A DNA stretch of 64,000 nucleotides from the human T2T-CHM13v2.0 reference genome, Homo sapiens: the NCBI RefSeq assembly GCF_009914755.1, contig NC_060926.1, one strand, 5' to 3'. A program made the translations under genes and the position numbers. Positions within the stretch are counted from its first letter, which is position 1, and every line of letters starts with the position of its first letter. Shown piece by piece: positions 59,950 to 64,000 of this stretch. Under the pieces are notes generated by a model. That model did not search any database. It saw only the letters and a program-made list of their open reading frames with translations, and had not been told where the DNA came from.

Positions 59950-61100
59950 TTTTGTTGGTTTATTTTATTTGAGGATTTTAAAAATTTGAGACACAAATAA
60001 CATACTATAAAACTGACAATTTTAAAGTGTATAATTCATGAACAGCCACTCACCCTTACCCATTTCCATACAGGCCCTGGCAATTCACTATCGATTTGCC
60101 TATTCTGTACAGTTCATCTAAATGAAATCATTCTGTAATGTAGCATTTAGTATCTAGCTTCTTCCAGATAGTATAATATTTTCAAGGTTCTTTTATGCTA
60201 GAACATCTAGAAATGCTTCACTCATTTTTATGGCTGAAAAATATTCCATTGTAGGCATATAGCACAATTTGTTTATCCATTCGTTTGCTGATAGATATTT
60301 GGGTTGTTTCCAATTAAAATTATTCTATTAACATAATAAATAATGGTGTGAACATTCGTGTACAGGTTGTTATATAAATATATTTCCAGTTCTCTTGGGG
60401 GTATACCTAGGAATGAAGTCACTGGGTAATAAGGTAATTCTATATTTAACTATTTAAGAAAATGCTAAACTGTTTTCCAAAGCATTTGCATTATTTTACA
60501 TTCTTATCTTCAATGTATAAGGCATACAATTTATCCACATCTTTGTAAATACTACTGTCAACTATCTTTCAGGTTGTAGCCATCCATTGCATTTCCTTTG
60601 ATATGGTTTGACTCTGTGTCCCCACCCAAATCTCATCTGGAATTGTCATCTCCAGGTGTCAAGGGAGGGACCTGGTGGGAGATGATTGGATCATGGGGGC
60701 AGTTTCTCCCATGCTTTTCTCTTGATAGTGAGTGAGTGCTCACAACATCTGATGTTTGACAGTTCCCCCACCCCCGCCACCTTCCTGCTGCCAGGTAAGA
60801 TAGTTCTTGCTTCCCCTTTTACTTCCATCATGATTGTAAATTCCCTGAGGCCTTCCCAGCCATGTGGATCTTTGAATCAATTAAACCTCTTTTCTTTATA
60901 AATTACTCAGTCTCAGGTAGTATCTTTATAACAGTGTGAGAATGGACTAATGCATCCTTAATGACTAACGATAGTGAGAATCTTTTCATGTGCTTATTGA
61001 CTATACAACTATATATATATCTTCTTTGGATAAATGTGTACTCAAATTATTTTTTTTAACTTTTCTGTCTTTTATTAATTTAATTTTTTAATACATAGTA
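59950..61100 (-). mobile_element. Old L1M (MC/ME-type) 3' region, interrupted by THE1D
   Basis: ttttatggctgaaaaatattccattgt...tttatccattc...gggttgtttcca; gcatttcctt|aatgactaa...cttttcatgtgcttattg continues across the LTR. Confidence 0.7.
60599..60954 (+). mobile_element. THE1D-like MaLR solo LTR
   Basis: TGATATGGTTTGACTCTGTGTCCCCACCCAAATCTCATC...GGACTAATGCA. 5-bp TSD tcctt at 60594-60598 and 60955-60959. Confidence 0.9.
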
Positions 61101-61156
61101 GTTTTATTTGTATTAGCCAAAAGCTAGAAACACCCAAGATGTCCTTCAGCAGGCAA

Positions 61157-62025
61157 TTTTTTTAAAAAATTTAATTTTTAAATTTTTGCTGGTACAGAGT
61201 GAGTGTATATATGTATGGAGTACATAGGATGTTTTAATACAAGTATGGAATGTGAAATAATCACATCATGAAGAATGGGTAGCTACCCCCTCAAGCATTT
61301 ATCCTTTGGGTTACAAACAATCCAATTACACTCTTTTAATTATTTTTAAATGTACAATTAAGATATTGTTGACTATAGTCACCCTATTATGCTATCAAAT
61401 AGTAGGACTTATTCATTCTCTGTATTTACTATAACCATTAACTATCCCCACCTCCCCTCCAGCCCCACACTACCCTTCTCAGCCTCTAGTAATTATCCTT
61501 CTACTCTCTATGTCCATGTGTTCAATTGTTTTGATTTTTAGATCCAATAAATAAGGGAGAACATGCAGTGAGTCTTTCTGTCTTTGCTTAGTTCACTGAA
61601 CATAATGATCTCCACTTCCATCCATGCTGCTGGTAATAACAAGATCTCATTCTTTTTTATGGCAGAATAGTACTCTTCCGTGTGTGTGTAACACATTGTC
61701 TTTATCCATTCATCTGTTGATGGATATTTACATTTCTTCCAAATCTTAGCTATTTTAAACAGTACCACAACAAACATGAGAATGCAGATATCTCTCTGAT
61801 ATACTGATTTCCTTTCTTTGGGATATACTGATTTCCTTCCACTGGGGTGTATACCCAGGACTGGAATTGCTGGATCATGTGGTAGCTCTATTTTTATTTT
61901 TTTGAGTAACCACCAAACTATTCTCCGTGGTGGTTGTACTAATTTACATTCCCACCAACAGGAGAGTTCCCCCTTTCTTCATATTTTCACCAATATTTGT
62001 CCTTGCCTCTTTTGGGGATATAAAT
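61157..62025 (-). mobile_element. L1MA2/3-type 3' end
   Basis: gtgaaataatcacatcatg...ctcaagcatttatcctttg...ttacaaacaatccaattacactc. ORF 61538-61777 resembles the ORF2 C-terminus. Confidence 0.82.
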
Positions 62026-62129
62026 GATTTTATAATTGCTTTTATTGATTGTATTTTATATCTGATCAGTGTTGTCTGAAAATATCTGCAGGAAAAAAAA
62101 AGTAGCTCTTATTTAAAAGGAATTACATT

Positions 62130-64000
62130 TACTCTATCAATTTGGGAATTATTGCCTTTTAACAATAACAAGTCTTTCAGTCTGTGAACATTAAATAAAT
62201 TTTTGTTTATTTGGTTTTCTTTATTTTTTAATCATATTTTATAGTTTTCAGTGTACAAGTTTTACACTTCTTTTGTTAAATTTATCCCTAAATATTTTAC
62301 TTCTTTTGATGCTATTGCAAATAGAATTGTTTTATTCATTTCATTTTCAGATTGTTCATTGCCAGAATGTAGAAATACAAATGATATTTGTATATTGAGC
62401 TTACGGCTTGTGACCTTTCCGAATGCACTTATAAGCTCTAGTATTTTTATGAATTCCTTACTATTTTCTATGCATATGATCATGTCATCTGCACATAGAG
62501 ATTTTTATTTCTTTCTTTACAATCTGGATATTTTGAATTTTTCTGTTGCCTAATTTTGCTAGTTTTAATTTCCACCATAATATAATATTAAGTAGAATTG
62601 ATGACAGTAGACAGCTTCACCTTATTTCTGAATTTACTTACTGTGATGTTAACTGTAGAGTTTTTAAAATTATATGTTAGACATCCTTTATTGGATCAAG
62701 ACATTTTCTTCTAGTTCGTTGAGTTTTTAAAAAAGATGAAACAGTGTTGAATTTTGTCAGGGTTCTTTTTTTCCAGTTTTTATTGGAATGATCATGTGCT
62801 TTTTGTCTTTTCTTCTATTAATATGGGGTATTACACTGGTTAATTTTTGTTTATTGAACCAACCTTGCATTCATAGAATAATTTCACTTATTCATGATGT
62901 GTATTTCTCTTTATGTTATTAGATTCAGTTTGCTGGTATTTACTTGAGGATTTATGAAACTCTATTAATACAGAACATTAGTTTACAGAGTTTTAAAACT
63001 ATGTTTTCATGGTTTTTATATTGAAGTACTACTGGCCTTATCAAATGAATTCAAAAGTGGTTCCTCCTCCTCTTGTTTTTGAAAAAGTTTGAAAGTATTG
63101 GTGTTTATTAAAACCTCGGGACTACATGCCTTCAGTAGTGTGGTCCTGAGATTTTCTTGGTGAGAAGTTTTTTGATTGTTAATTCAATGGTTGTGATTCT
63201 ATTTCAACTTGCTGGGTTTTTTTCTTGAGTAAGTTTTGCTGGTTTGTGTCTTTCTAGGAATTTTCCCATTTTATCTGAGTTATCTAATTTGTTAACATAT
63301 AATGGCTCATGCTCATGGTGTTTTCACAAAATCTTTTTGTTTTTGTAAATTCTGTAGGAATGACCTATTCTTCATGTTTTATTTAGTAATTTAATTCTTC
63401 TCTCTCCTTTTCTTGTTCAGTCTATATAGTGGTTTGTCAATACTGTTGATCTTTTCAAAAAACTGTCTTTTGATTTTGTTAGTTTCCTCTACTGTTTTTT
63501 ATTTTTATTTCATTTAATCACTGAAACCTCTATTATTTTCTTCCTTAGCTTGCTTAAAAAAATTTAATGCAGCTATTTACAGCTATAGGTTTCTCTCTGT
63601 GCATGTCTTTAGCTTTCTTTCACTTATTTCAGTATACTAGAGGAATGGGTGTTTATACTTGTTACATTTTCTAGGTAATTGGACTCATCATTATTAAATA
63701 TTTTTCTTTGTTGCTACTATTTTTGTCTTAAATTTTATTTTGTGTAATATTCCTATAGTAATCCCAGTTCTCTTTTGATTATTCTTCACGTGATATATCT
63801 TTTTTCATCCTTTTACTTCCAACCTATTTACATAATTAAATAAACAGTGTGTTGATTTTATAGGTAGTACAGTTGAATAGTTTTTTTAAAATCCATTCTG
63901 TCAATCTCCATTTTAACTGGAGAGCTTAATTCATTTAAATTTAATGTAATTACTGCTAAGGTAAGGCTTACATCTTCCATTTGCTATTTCTTTTCTATAT
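62130..64000 (-). mobile_element. Old L1M ORF2 body (RT and upstream), running off the window
   Basis: Minus ORF 62262-62483 (MIICIENSKE...KYLGINLTKEV) is preceded by ADD codons (gcagatgacatg). It is RT-homologous and heavily decayed. Confidence 0.75.

Overview
Primate (very probably human) AT-rich, repeat-dense intergenic DNA with no intact protein-coding gene, RNA gene or CRISPR array. The main non-repeat feature is a ~7.7 kb 5'-truncated processed pseudogene of ANKRD11 on the minus strand (~35925-43629). It joins four exon junctions without introns, includes the 3'UTR and poly(A) signal, and carries many stops and frameshifts. It is probably ANKRD11P1, a name given from memory. About 4.6 kb upstream of it lies a plus-strand L1PA (L1PA5-7 type) with a complete 5'UTR and a TSD. 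This L1 splits a MER5A, is interrupted by an AluY and has lost about 0.6 kb of ORF2. The rest is Alu, old L1/L2/MIR, MaLR/ERV solo LTRs and hAT/Tigger/Mariner relics. I found no convincing novel biological system. The best testable lead is a possible transcription unit assembled from retroelements. The L1 antisense promoter/ORF0 region carries a near-consensus splice donor and points toward the sense strand of the CpG-rich ANKRD11 retrocopy. Repeat subfamily names and comparisons with ANKRD11 come from recalled consensus or protein sequences, not from a search.
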